NCBI GenBank assembly: GCA_965212015.1
Contig: OZ243037.1
Span: 1,024,001-1,088,000, forward strand
DNA length: 64,000 nucleotides
Origin: Cenarchaeum sp.
GTDB lineage: Archaea > Thermoproteota > Nitrososphaeria > Nitrososphaerales > Nitrosopumilaceae
Direction: 5' to 3'
Shown here piece after piece: positions 28,339-39,300 of this stretch. The notes beneath the pieces were generated by a model that was not told where the DNA came from, did no database searches, and was given only the letters and a program-made list of their open reading frames with translations. Each line of letters starts with the position of its first letter. Positions within the stretch are counted from its first letter, which is position 1. The position numbers and the translations under genes are program-made.

Positions 28339-29208
28339 TTACCCCGGTCCCGTGGATTCCAGATATGCCAGTATTCCCGTATAGTCCAAATCCCCAAACC
28401 CCCCGTCGACTGCCCTCCGGTATGTGGCCTCTGCCAGCGTGCTCATCGGGAGGCTCAGCCCCAGTGATCTTGCCGACTCGTTGATTGTCTTTAGATCCTT
28501 TTTGAGGTTCTGCAGTAGAAAGGTGGGCTCGAATTTGCCGTCGATCATCTTGTACGCCTTGTTCTGGCTCATTCCGGTCTTGAAATACGTAGAGTTGAGA
28601 ATCTCAAGGAACACCTTGGGGTCTATGGAGGCGCCGCGGCAAAGCATTATGCCCTCAGAGAGCGACATTGCAAGCATGGCTATCTGGAGATTCATTGCCA
28701 GCTTTACAGAGTGTGCAGTGCCGCTGTCCCCCAGATAAAACACCCTGCCTGCCACTACATCGAGGACGTTTTTGTACCTGTCAAAGCTGGCCTTGTCGCC
28801 GGAGGCCATCATGACTAGCTCCCCCTTTATGGCCACATCGGGGCCCCCCATTACCGGCGTGTCCAGCATTATCGAGCCGGCCTCAGAAAACCGTCTTGCA
28901 ATCTCTTTTGTAGAGTGCGGGTTTATGGTGCTCATGTCGCAGACAGTCAGGCGGTGCGCACCATATACCAGGCCATCGCGCCCAAAGGAGACCTCGCGCA
29001 CTGCATCTGCGTCCCTGACGCACGTTATTACCAGCTCGCACAGGTCTGCCACATCCCGGGGATGCGAGACGATGTTTGCCCCGTGACGCAGCAGCTCGTG
29101 CGTCTTTGCCCTAGTTCTGTTTTGTGCGACGAGCTCAAAGCCGCTATTTAGCAGGCACAGTCCCACCGCGCTGCCCAGCATTCCGGTACCGACAAGACCA
29201 ACCCTCAT
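28339..29208 (-). CDS. NAD(P)-dependent beta-hydroxyacid dehydrogenase (3-hydroxyisobutyrate/6PGD family)
   Basis: MRVGLVGTGMLG, DMSTI, LDTPVMGG, VKLAMN. Confidence 0.93.
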   Translation of the reverse strand: MRVGLVGTGMLGSAVGLCLLNSGFELVAQNRTRAKTHELLRHGANIVSHPRDVADLCELVITCVRDADAVREVSFGRDGLVYGAHRLTVCDMSTINPHSTKEIARRFSEAGSIMLDTPVMGGPDVAIKGELVMMASGDKASFDRYKNVLDVVAGRVFYLGDSGTAHSVKLAMNLQIAMLAMSLSEGIMLCRGASIDPKVFLEILNSTYFKTGMSQNKAYKMIDGKFEPTFLLQNLKKDLKTINESARSLGLSLPMSTLAEATYRRAVDGGFGDLDYTGILAYLESTGPG

Positions 29209-29304
29209 GATTCCCTTGCATGGGTTGCGCAGGTATTTGAGTGGTTGCCCGGGCGCCGCCAAAAAGTCACAGGATTTTTAAGCGCAGCACGTGTCATACT
29301 CGGG

Positions 29305-30249
29305 ATGAACAGAATGGTTATAGTTTTGATCCTTCTTTGCGCGGCCTTACAGTACGGACTCGAGGCGCACGCAACGCCGCTAGAGCAGACAAGGGCCGGC
29401 ACAGAGCCTGCCGACGTGAAATGCCGGCAGGACCTAGAGCTTGTACTAAGAACTGCAGACGGCAGCCCCGCATGCCTAAAGCCCGGCTCTGTTGCCGAGC
29501 TGATAAAGCGCGGCTGGGCGATTCACGTCCTGCCCGATTACACAGACGGCGGCAATTCAGAGATGTTTGCAGCAGGCGGATTTCAGGTGGAATCCGAGCG
29601 CATAAGCTATTCGCAGAATTCCACCGGATACCTGGCAAGGCCCGCAGCCGACGGGCAGTATCCGGCGGTAATCATGATCCACGAGTGGTGGGGCCTAAAC
29701 GAAAACATGCTTGATATGGCAGAAATACTAGCATCCCACGGATATACGGTTCTGGCAGTCGACCTGTATGACGGGCAGGTCGCCACCACGCCAGAAGAGG
29801 CGCGCAGGCTGCTAGGCTCCTTTGGGCAGCAGTACTGGACTGAAAACATCAGTGCTGCGTCAGAATACGTGCAGGAAAACCACTCGCCTGAAAAGATTGG
29901 CATCATCGGGTGGTGCTTTGGCGGCGGACAGTCGCTGAAACACTCGCTGAATGGTAACGTGGATGCGACGGTAATCTATTACGGACAGCTGGTGACTGAG
30001 AAAAAAGAGCTCGCAGCGCTTGACGCGCCAGTCCTTGGAATCTTTGCGCAGCTTGACTCTGGAATCCCGCCAGAACAGGCGGGCATGTTTAGAAATGCGC
30101 TAGACGAGCTCGGGATACCCAACGAGATTCATGTTTACGAGGGCGTAAAGCACGCCTTTGCAAACCCGTCTGGCGCGCAGTATGCGCCGGATGCGGCCGC
30201 AGACGCATGGGAAAAGACCGTGCGGTTTCTAGAGGCCAGCCTGAAATAG
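29305..30249 (+). CDS. secreted dienelactone hydrolase-family protein
   Basis: Signal peptide; HEWWGLN, GWCFGG nucleophile motif, HAFANPS. Confidence 0.93.
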   Translation: MNRMVIVLILLCAALQYGLEAHATPLEQTRAGTEPADVKCRQDLELVLRTADGSPACLKPGSVAELIKRGWAIHVLPDYTDGGNSEMFAAGGFQVESERISYSQNSTGYLARPAADGQYPAVIMIHEWWGLNENMLDMAEILASHGYTVLAVDLYDGQVATTPEEARRLLGSFGQQYWTENISAASEYVQENHSPEKIGIIGWCFGGGQSLKHSLNGNVDATVIYYGQLVTEKKELAALDAPVLGIFAQLDSGIPPEQAGMFRNALDELGIPNEIHVYEGVKHAFANPSGAQYAPDAAADAWEKTVRFLEASLK

Positions 30250-30261
30250 ATGCCGGCGGCG

Positions 30262-30648
30262 CTATTTGCGTTCCTCTTTTTTTATCCTCCACATCTCGCG
30301 GCCCAGCCGGGACGCCTCAAACTCGATGTGCCCTATTATCCTGTCCCCCCTTCTGACCATCCCAAAGTCCGACTTTTTCAGGTGGAATATCTGCTCCCGG
30401 GTCTTGTAGCCGCCCTCGATTATCCTTACCTTGAACCTCTTGCTGGCCCTGACTGCCAGCTTTCTTGCGTCCTTGACGTCGCCCATCCAGGAGAACATTT
30501 CAAACGTCCCGAAATTCGCAGTTTCAAGATCATGGCTGTACAGCCGGGCCTGGAATTTCAGGTTTTTTTCGGCCGCCTGCGCGTTTAGCCATTCGATCAC
30601 CTGCCTGCCGTACCCCTTTTCAACTCCAAACGACTCTGAATCACCCAT
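30262..30648 (-). CDS. hypothetical protein (128 aa)
   Basis: Clean ORF in a gene-sized gap with codon usage like core genes. Confidence 0.75.
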   Translation of the reverse strand: MGDSESFGVEKGYGRQVIEWLNAQAAEKNLKFQARLYSHDLETANFGTFEMFSWMGDVKDARKLAVRASKRFKVRIIEGGYKTREQIFHLKKSDFGMVRRGDRIIGHIEFEASRLGREMWRIKKEERK

Positions 30649-30726
30649 CGAGATCTACCGCATATGGTGTGTGTGCTCATCTCATAATCCTTTCCCTGTT
30701 AGACTAAAATAGCATCCCGCCGTCCG

Positions 30727-31101
30727 GTGTGTGTGATTACGGTGGACTGCAGGGAGGTGGAATCCATAAAGCACGAGCTTTTGGTGTACGTCTCTGACAA
30801 CGTGGGGGCGATTCCCGCAATAAAGCTGCACGAGTTCATGCTCTCGCCCATAGAAGACGAGGCAATCGATCTTGGTGAAGTGGTCACCTCCATCAAGGAA
30901 TTCCTCAACTCCATCGGGGAGGGCAGGAATTTCGCGGTACTTTCCAGATCAGAATCAGTCATGATAAAGTCCATTACGGGAAAGACCATAAGCCGGGACC
31001 GGCCAAAGCCAGTCGCGGAACTCTTTTCGTGCCCGCACTGCGGGTTTGTCACCCAGTACGAGATAGAGTTCAACAACCACAAAAAGATCCACTATCTGTA
31101 G
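30727..31101 (+). CDS. C2H2 zinc-finger protein
   Basis: C-terminal CPHCGF...HKKIH. Confidence 0.85.
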   Translation: MCVITVDCREVESIKHELLVYVSDNVGAIPAIKLHEFMLSPIEDEAIDLGEVVTSIKEFLNSIGEGRNFAVLSRSESVMIKSITGKTISRDRPKPVAELFSCPHCGFVTQYEIEFNNHKKIHYL

Positions 31102-31153
31102 ATCCTGCCGCACGGCAGGATGTTTATAAGCAGACGGGCCCCTCACCAGATGC

Positions 31154-31315
31154 ATGGATGAGGGGGAAAACGCCACAAAGGTATACTGTGAAAAATGCGA
31201 CAGCGTGTTTGGATCCAAGGCAGAGTACGAGAGGCATTTTGACTCGCATACGGTGTGCGAATCGTGCCCGATTGACACCGTAATTGGCAGGATTGTCGGG
31301 TTTTTCAGGAAATAG
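31154..31315 (+). CDS. small zinc-finger protein (53 aa)
   Basis: Manual translation MDEGENATKVYCEKCDSVFGSKAEYERHFDSHTVCESCPIDTVIGRIVGFFRK; TTTATAA upstream. Confidence 0.8.
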   Translation: MDEGENATKVYCEKCDSVFGSKAEYERHFDSHTVCESCPIDTVIGRIVGFFRK

Positions 31316-31370
31316 CAGTACGGCCGCATGCGGCGCTGATTTTTAAGTATGCTGTATGCTCTGATCAGAG

Positions 31371-31874
31371 TTGAGCGCGCCGGGACTTGTCTTTTCAGAC
31401 TATAGATACGTCCTGCTGGCCGCAGCGATATTTGCCGGCATGCTGTTTCCGCTGTTGCTGGTGTCTGAGTATGTTTTTTTGGAGCCGTACTTTGTAGGCC
31501 ACATCCTACAGGGCACTGAGCTTGGCCTGGTGCTGATCGTGGCGCTGGCCGGCCTGGCAGGGGTGGTGCTGCCAATGAACGTATACCGTATTAGCATGCT
31601 CAAGACGTCAAGAAAAAAAATGTCCGGCGGGGTCCTGGGATCCATGATCGGCTCTGTTGCGGGGGCGTGCGGATGCGGACCGGTGGGCTTTGCACTGTTC
31701 TCGACCTTTGGGAGCATCGGTGCGACGGCCTCTGCGTTTTTGTCAAACTATGAAATCCCGATACGTCTGGTGGCGGTGGGGCTGCTGGCAGTCACATACT
31801 ATACCACGGTCCGATCACTAAAAATGGAATGCCGCGTGGGACAAACAGATGCAACGCAGTCCGGACGGGGCTAG
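31371..31874 (+). CDS. membrane protein with CGCG motif
   Basis: Four hydrophobic segments, GACGCGP. Confidence 0.8.
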   Translation: MSAPGLVFSDYRYVLLAAAIFAGMLFPLLLVSEYVFLEPYFVGHILQGTELGLVLIVALAGLAGVVLPMNVYRISMLKTSRKKMSGGVLGSMIGSVAGACGCGPVGFALFSTFGSIGATASAFLSNYEIPIRLVAVGLLAVTYYTTVRSLKMECRVGQTDATQSGRG

Positions 31875-32236
31875 CTGCGGATTGCAGAAAACCGGTCCGT
31901 GCGGGAATCCCTGACGGCGGTGGACAGGGATTTACAGTTGAGATATCATTGTCAGGGACAAGAACAAGGCATCGTGTTGTGATTTTATCCGTCCATGCGC
32001 GGGATTCATTTGGTGCCAAGTATGCCGGAGCACAAATCGACGTAAAGTAGCTAAAAGAAGAAGCGTGTGGCAGTGACTAATGTATGGGGGCGAACCCGAG
32101 TCCAACCGGCACGAAATTCCACCCTGTTGTATTGCGCCGTTTCTGCGGTTTGCCGGCAAGGGATTCTGCATGTTTTTGGCCAATAAATCCGCACTGGATT
32201 CCTTAAGAATAAATATAACTATCCGGATGATATCAC

Positions 32237-32419
32237 ATGAACAAAGCGGGCCAAAATATGCACAGGCGCTTTACAAAAGAACAGATTGCAGAGCAGGCAA
32301 AATTCAGGAATGACCTGAAAAATGGAAATGCAAAGTTTGCATTTTCAGGCACGTTTAAAGACGGAATTGATTTTTTAAAAGTGACTGGCAAGCTTGTGGA
32401 CGCTTTTAACCACTCTTAA
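32237..32419 (+). CDS. small hypothetical protein (60 aa)
   Basis: AT-rich ORF with AAATATAA about 20-27 nt upstream. Confidence 0.4.
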   Translation: MNKAGQNMHRRFTKEQIAEQAKFRNDLKNGNAKFAFSGTFKDGIDFLKVTGKLVDAFNHS

Positions 32420-32834
32420 GTTTCTAATCTCGTTTTGAATGCCAGACAAGTTTCTAAAATCCATGGTTTTGGAGAATGTCCCATATTCGGAGAAGCGCAG
32501 GTATTACTGGCGGGTTTAAAGATATCGAATATGACGGGGCCGTCTCAGAGCACGCCAGACCATCGCATGGATGGCAGAAGAGGTGTACGTTATATCCATC
32601 AATGAAAATGGGATACGCCAAAAGCTGAAAAATTACAGATAGGGGCCATATGGCTGCTTTTCCGGCCCCGCCTACGGGACTAGAAAACTTACCAAAAAGG
32701 CAATTTTTTATAACCATGACGTGTATCTTGTAGTTTTTTTACCGTGTAATAGTGTCAATAATATACATCCCAATCAGGCCAAACCGGAGCACCCGGGACA
32801 GCGAGGCGGCCGGGGATTCAGAAGAGTCATACTC

Positions 32835-33470
32835 TTAGCGCGATTCCAACAGCTTTCCGATTCTGGAGCAGAGATCGGGCTTTTCGTTCTGCCCCATGCA
32901 GTATTTCAGGTCGTCACAATCGTCAATGTCCATCATCATCCTCCTTATGAACACCAGCGACGTGTTGGTGGTGTTTTTTCGCCCCGTGGCAAGGTGGATT
33001 TTGTAGCTGTCCTCGTCATAGTGCGTCTCCATGAGCTTCGGCGGCATGCGCAGCAGCGCGTTTGTACCGTCGAATTTTCTCGACGGGACGACTAGCGCGC
33101 ACGCAGGGGTGCTGCGAAACTGCAGCAAAAAGTCAATGTCCTGTGCCTTGATGAACGGGACGTCCTGCGGAAGCACGATTGATGCGCCAAACGAGTTTTG
33201 GGCCGCATACTCGTCGGCAAGTGAGACTGCGTGGTTGACTCCGGACTCGTCGTCGGTGATTTCAACTGCGCCGAATTTTTTTGCAACCTCAAAGACGTTC
33301 TCGTCGCGCGACACTACCACTACAGAGTCGATGCGGCTAGAGGAGGAGACTATTCCGAGCACCTCCTCGAGCATGATTCTGCACAGATCCTCCTTTATCT
33401 CGCCGGGCAGATTCAGGCGGGACTTTGCGCCAGAAAACGTCTTTACCGGTATTATCGCGCACAGTTTCAA
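32835..33470 (-). CDS. cofC: 2-phospho-L-lactate/PEP guanylyltransferase
   Basis: IIPVKTFSGAKSRL, DGTNAL, DIDD..DL; adjacent to cofD. Confidence 0.95.
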   Translation of the reverse strand: MKLCAIIPVKTFSGAKSRLNLPGEIKEDLCRIMLEEVLGIVSSSSRIDSVVVVSRDENVFEVAKKFGAVEITDDESGVNHAVSLADEYAAQNSFGASIVLPQDVPFIKAQDIDFLLQFRSTPACALVVPSRKFDGTNALLRMPPKLMETHYDEDSYKIHLATGRKNTTNTSLVFIRRMMMDIDDCDDLKYCMGQNEKPDLCSRIGKLLESR

Positions 33471-33472
33471 AG

Positions 33473-34393
33473 CTAAACGCGCACTTGTTTGAGTACAAAC
33501 GATGCAAGCGCCTCTTCGGCCGCCTTGTTTTTCATGAGAATCTTTGACTCATAGACGTTCATGTCGAGGTTTTTAATCTTCTTGATTAGCAGCTTGTCCT
33601 TGGAATCCACCACAATGTTCGAGCACACGTCTGAGTACATCTTTGCCAGCCCGAACGAGTTGGTCTCGATTCCCGCCGCGGCCATATAGTCGCCGGCAGG
33701 ACCGCTGATTGCCTTGTTTCCAATCAGCGGACTCACTGCGACTACCTTCTTTTTTACCTTGGAGAGCTCCTTTCGTATTCCCTTGATTTGCAGCATGGGC
33801 CCGATGCTAGTCAGCGGGTTTCCCGGCGCGAGTATTATCATGCGCGAGTCGTGAATCGCGTTTATGGCCTCCGGGTTGGGCCTTGCCTTCTCAGAGCCGA
33901 TGTACTGTATCCCCTCCACCTTGTCCTTTCCCCTGTATTTGACCCAGAACTCTTGTATGTGAAGCTCGCCCTTGTCCGTGGTTATCCTGGTCTCCACGGT
34001 GTTGTCAGTCACGGGAATGACCTTGGAGCTGACTGCGAACTTTTCGCACATCCATTTCGTAATGTCGCTGAGGTTTTTGCCGTTCTTTAGCATGTTGGTC
34101 CGGATAAGGTGGGTGGCCGCATCCCGGTCCCCGATTCGAAACCACGTCTCCTCCCCGAACACCTCCATCTGGCGCAGAAAATTAAAGGTGTCCTTTTTGA
34201 TCCCCCATCCGCGCTCATAGTCAAGTATGTCTGCCAGTCCGTATATTATGGTGTCAATATCCGGGCACACGTACATGCCGTACAGCCAATAGTTGTCGCC
34301 CACGTTGCTAATCACGTTTACGTCGCTTTCCTGCGCTGCCAGTCCGCGCACCAGTTTCACGGATCCTGATCCGCCGGCAAATATCGTAATCAT
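33473..34393 (-). CDS. cofD: 2-phospho-L-lactate transferase
   Basis: AGGSGSVK, NVGD...VCPDIDT, IGDRD.ATH, PGNPLTSIGP. Confidence 0.96.
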   Translation of the reverse strand: MITIFAGGSGSVKLVRGLAAQESDVNVISNVGDNYWLYGMYVCPDIDTIIYGLADILDYERGWGIKKDTFNFLRQMEVFGEETWFRIGDRDAATHLIRTNMLKNGKNLSDITKWMCEKFAVSSKVIPVTDNTVETRITTDKGELHIQEFWVKYRGKDKVEGIQYIGSEKARPNPEAINAIHDSRMIILAPGNPLTSIGPMLQIKGIRKELSKVKKKVVAVSPLIGNKAISGPAGDYMAAAGIETNSFGLAKMYSDVCSNIVVDSKDKLLIKKIKNLDMNVYESKILMKNKAAEEALASFVLKQVRV

Positions 34394-34499
34394 TCAGTCC
34401 AAAACTCGGATTTACGGAGGTTCCATACTACATATTACTTTTTCAAATGGCCCGCGGTTTGGGATAGATTTATTACTCTCAAAGGCGCGATCAGATTCT

Positions 34500-35867
34500 G
34501 TGAATTTCAAGGCCGTTGCGCTTGCCGTATTGTTTACAGGTTTTCTTGTATTTGGCGCCCAGACAGTATACGGCGCCCAGCTAAGCGCCATAGTAGATCC
34601 GGACAAGGACCTGGCCGACTTTGAGGTGACCTACCAGAGAAGCACCTTCATAGAGCACGGGAATACGGGCCAGATTGCAGACATGCTAAACGGCAGATCA
34701 TGGGTCATACAAGAGTCCTCCAGCACACCCGAGCCCGATGCAATAGCGCTGAGAAACGCGCTAAACCAAAAGATCGCCTCCGACGGAAGCGGCACGCAGA
34801 TATCGGATCTGACAGTCGAGTACTCGGCGACGCTTACCGGCCGCCAGCTAAACACGGCCATTGATTACAAGGTTACCATCAGCGGCACGCTGACGGACTA
34901 CAAGATTGCAATTGACGGCGCGGCAGGCAGCAGGACGCTGATTGACTTGGGATGGCGCGGCATGTCGGTGAACGGCCCCGTAATGATAAACGGCATTGAA
35001 ATCAACATGCCGATATCCGCATTAAAGACAAACGAGCCTGGCACGTATGCGCACATTCAGGACAGTACGGCAGAATCGCTGCTGAGCAGAGTCCTGATCA
35101 ATGCAGACAGGGTCCACGAGCTAGAGCTGCCAGCATGGCACTTTTTGTTTAATCCGGCCGGCATCAGCTCGGATGCCGCCAGGCTGGGTCTGGCCGATGA
35201 GATAAAGGGCCATGTGCTATCACAGTTTACAATGGGCGAGAGCAGCCTAAGGGAAGGCAGGCAGGTGGAAAGCGACGTGTATGCAGAGTTTACCGCCGAC
35301 AAGATATACAAGGTCAGGTCGGTACAGTCAGCAGACTCTGCAGAGATTAGCGCCATAGGATTTGCGGCAATTGACAGGCTCGGCGATGTGGAGATAATCG
35401 GGGTCACGCCGACGGCACCGGAGGGATACGGCAACACGTCGACTGGCGGCTTTCCGGTTACGATAATCTATGGAATGGCGGGGCTTGCTGCAGTAGGCGG
35501 CGGGGCGTTTTTCATATTCAGCAACAGGCAGCTAAAAAAGGAAAAGAACCAGGGCCAGACGGGAATCGATCCCTCAAGGCTTACCGGCCGCCAGACAAGC
35601 GCCAGCTCCGGCGGGTACCAGACCAACAGGGGCGAGGCGCAGCTAAAGGATTCGACTGACTATGCCCAGACCAGAAGCGTATACGACAATGCCGGCCCGC
35701 AGGACAGGCAGCCGGCGCTGGCATCCTCTGAGGCCTCGTGCGGCTGCGCAGCATCTGCCGATTCAGATATGGAATGCGACTGTGAGATGCAGGGACAGTG
35801 CCTTTGCGACTCTACGTGCGGCTGCAGCTCCGGCACGTGCAAGGACGCCGTAAGGGACATGCAGTAA
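34500..35867 (+). CDS. membrane-anchored surface protein with Cys-rich C-terminal tail
   Basis: GTG start and signal peptide, TM segment near the C-terminus, then a tail with 9 Cys in about 35 residues. Confidence 0.85.
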   Translation: MNFKAVALAVLFTGFLVFGAQTVYGAQLSAIVDPDKDLADFEVTYQRSTFIEHGNTGQIADMLNGRSWVIQESSSTPEPDAIALRNALNQKIASDGSGTQISDLTVEYSATLTGRQLNTAIDYKVTISGTLTDYKIAIDGAAGSRTLIDLGWRGMSVNGPVMINGIEINMPISALKTNEPGTYAHIQDSTAESLLSRVLINADRVHELELPAWHFLFNPAGISSDAARLGLADEIKGHVLSQFTMGESSLREGRQVESDVYAEFTADKIYKVRSVQSADSAEISAIGFAAIDRLGDVEIIGVTPTAPEGYGNTSTGGFPVTIIYGMAGLAAVGGGAFFIFSNRQLKKEKNQGQTGIDPSRLTGRQTSASSGGYQTNRGEAQLKDSTDYAQTRSVYDNAGPQDRQPALASSEASCGCAASADSDMECDCEMQGQCLCDSTCGCSSGTCKDAVRDMQ

Positions 35868-35869
35868 GG

Positions 35870-36364
35870 CTAGAGGCGTATATTGTACTCTTCAAGCAGC
35901 GGGTCAATTTCCGACTCTGTTTTTATCCCGGCATAGTCCCCAAGCAGGTTCCTGTTCAGGTCATAAAACGTGTGCCCCCACTTGAACTTGGCGAGCAGCC
36001 CAGATGCACTATCCGGGTATCCCAGTATGAACAGGGCGGCAGATATGGCCTCGACTGTGGTCAGCTTGTTTAGCTTTGAATAGTTTACCGGATTGCCCGC
36101 AAACAGCGGGGGAAGCCTTCTTGGAACGCCAGAAAATCCCGCAGAAAAGGTCTCGCCTGTCCTGGTCCACGAGCAGTCTATTCCCGTTATTGATCCGACC
36201 AGTCTTCTGTCTGCCCGGAGCACGGTCCTTTCTGCAAAGGGATCAAGGATTAGTGTCCTGCGGCCGGTCTTTTTGACGCTTTTTGCCAGCCCGAGCCGGA
36301 CAAGCTTGGCTGCCGTGCATTTCTTTGGATCGTCTTGCCTGTACATCAGGACCTGGACGTGCAT
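35870..36364 (-). CDS. tsr3: 16S rRNA aminocarboxypropyltransferase (DUF367)
   Basis: QDDPKKCTAAKL, IDCSW, RRLPPLFAGNPVNY, FKWGHTF. Confidence 0.95.
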   Translation of the reverse strand: MHVQVLMYRQDDPKKCTAAKLVRLGLAKSVKKTGRRTLILDPFAERTVLRADRRLVGSITGIDCSWTRTGETFSAGFSGVPRRLPPLFAGNPVNYSKLNKLTTVEAISAALFILGYPDSASGLLAKFKWGHTFYDLNRNLLGDYAGIKTESEIDPLLEEYNIRL

Positions 36365-36394
36365 CGGACTAGTTCCGGGCCGTGATATTTGAGT

Positions 36395-39300
36395 CTATTC
36401 CTGCGAGACGCGCGTTATCTTGTAGTAAAAGCGCGACGGCTGGTCGTCCTTTAGAATCTCGACGTTCCAGAGGCCGATGTGTATTGTGTCATCAGCCGGC
36501 AGCACGGAGAACTTTTCTAGTATGGCATCAGGACCGCTGTACCGTATATTGTAGCTCTTGCCGTCAATGTCTGCAGTCTTGTAGATTCCCTGTACGGTCC
36601 TCGTGGACTCGGAGACGAGGCATCCGGGGCCGATGACGCATGTTCCGTTTCCTGTCACGACCCTGAGGTTGACTGACGCCTCCTGGCCCCTGGCGGTGGT
36701 AAACAGCGAGCCCTGTATCACCCTTGGGGCCAGCTCTGTGCCGTTTTGCACCGATATGACAGAATTGATGGCTATCGCATCATCGAGTATGCGGTTGAAC
36801 TTTTCAATGACGCGCAGTGCCTGCGGTTCTGGCTCGGCAGGCGGGTCTCCCACAGTAAAGCGCGACTCGAATGTGCCAAACGCAACGTCGGCCAGTATCC
36901 TGTAGCTTCCCAAGTCTTCAGGCTCGGATCCTATGGTATAGTCGTACTCGAACATTCCGGCAGAGCTTGGCAGCAGCGTCACCGTGCTCCCGGCAGAGCC
37001 GCAGACCGGAAGATTCCCGCATATGCTCTGGGCTTTTTCCTCGTGAAGGATGGTAAGGTCTATCTTTTCAAGGTGCACCAGCTTGTTTAGCCTGCCGGTG
37101 ATGTGCACAGTCTCGCCGGACATATAGTTCTCCTTGTCAATCCCGATGATAAGCGCAAGTTTCTCATCTCCGCCGTATTTCAGCTCATTGTCGACTGAAA
37201 ACGAGGCAGTGGACCTGTGCTTGTTGTAAAAGGCCGTAATCTTGTATTTTCCCTCGCCAAAGATGGTCACCGGAAGGTTGAGCTCTGTCTCAAAGTTTCC
37301 CCCGTTGTCCAGGTACAGAAACGTGGTGTAAAGCTCCCTAAGCGGGGCAAAGGCCTGCTTTACGCTGATCTTTACCCTGTCTTCGGTCACCAGGCCCTCC
37401 TGGCCCTGGTCGCGCTTTTGTGCCGTTCCCGAGATTACCATGTTGGTGCCGGCGTTATAGACCTGCCTGTCAGTCGTCACCTCGACGGGCTGCGTCCTTA
37501 GCGTGTCGGCCTCGGGATTCGGCGAGACCTTGAAGAACACGTTTACGTTTTGTGAGTTTGTCTTAAAGACTGCCTTGTACACGCCGTAATTGCTCATGGT
37601 AGTGCCGCGCTCGTTTGATACTGTCTGCGTCTTTTCTGCTATCGGCGTCTGCCACGACCACGAAAACCTGGAATTCTCAGTCAGTGCGCCAAACTCGTCA
37701 ATGTCCCCGTCTGGCTTGTGAAGGACGATTTTTAGCTCGGCCTGTGCCAGCCCGGAGAATATGCCGTCGACTGTGACAGTCTCGTCCAGGCCAAAGACCT
37801 CCTTGTTGAGATCAATCCTGTACTGTTCCCCTATGTCAAGCGAATCAGTCACAGTAAAGGTGTCGCGCGCCTTGTACTTGTCTGCGGCGTACGAGGCCTC
37901 TATGACGTACATGCCGGGACTGTACTGCCTGCGGTGAAGCGTATCCTCCACCAAAAAGTTTCCCCCCGAATCGGGAACTGCGGTAAGCGAATAGACCACG
38001 GGCTCGATGCCTGCCGCGCCCAGCCGCGCCTTGAACTCTTGCGTCTTGAGCGTCGAGCCGCCGACCTCGGAGATTTTGATGCTCACCAGATTGGTGTGAA
38101 ACGTGCTGCTCGTAAAGATCTTGTTTACCTTGCCGGTGATGGTAAACGTGTCGCCCAGGTCGTACGAGGCCCTGTCGGTGCGCACCGTCAGCGGCGTGGT
38201 CTCGTCCCCGGTGTATGCAGTGGCGTTCTCCGTCACCCGGAAAAAGATCTGGGCCGTGCCCACGTCCTGGGAGACCTTGACGCGGTACTCCCCGTACCTG
38301 TTGGGATCGTTTACTATATCAAACTCGTACTCAAACGTGCTGTCGCCTGCAAGCCTGGTCAGGTCGGTCTTTTTTGTGAAAAACTGGACCAGCGTATCGA
38401 GGCGGCCGTCCCGCTCTTCGGGGACGGTGCCGTCAGATGCCGCCTCAGAATCGGCCGGTGCGCGCGATATCTGCTCGATTTCTATGTCCAGTGAGGGAAT
38501 CCAAATGTTGTTGAGCCTGCCGGAGATTACGACCGTATCGCCTATATCGTACACCTCGCTGTCAGTGGACAGCGAGATCGGCACGTCCTCTATTAGCTCC
38601 GGCGCAAGCTCAAAGGACGACTCGGCAGTCAGTCCGAAATATTCGGCAGTAACGGAATAAGTCCCAAAGATGGGATTGATCCTGCTGGTAAAGAGGTCAG
38701 TTGAAAACCTGCCCGAAGAGTCCGGATAAAGCGCGCCGCCAAAATGCTTTGCCCCGTCGGGATTATACACCTGGAACTGCACGCCCTCGAACTGGTACGT
38801 CCTTGTGAGATTGCCGGACAGCTTTATTGTCTGTCCCGGTATGTAAGAGTCCGCATCCGTAAAGACTGAGAACTTGCCCGCATCCTGCCTGTCTGTTATA
38901 ACTGCAGGATCGCCTACCAGGAATTGCGCTTGGGCAGTAGAGCCGGCGTACTCTACTGATACATTGTATGTTCCGTGCCGCACGCCCAGTACCTCCTGCA
39001 GGCTGATCTGCGTCTCATAGTTGAGCTGCGCATCAGGGTATAGCGAGAACTGCCTCGCATATCCCGGTCCGTTGACTGTCATCTCGATGGTTGCCACGCC
39101 AAATATCGGCTTTTCTACTGATATTTTTTCAGAGACATCGCCGGAGATTACGGCATACTCGCCAAAGACGTACTCTGGCTTGTCAGTGGACAGTGTGACT
39201 GTCAGCTGTCTTTGCTCCAGTACCTCATCTATCTGGCCGTTGCGCGTGTTTATGGTTGCCGGCTCGAACTTCCAGTCCCCTATGGAAGAGCCGTATCCGT

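Noticed and set aside
31880-32050. Possible Ig-like domain C-terminal fragment
   Set aside because: No start or signal sequence, and the similarity is only compositional.
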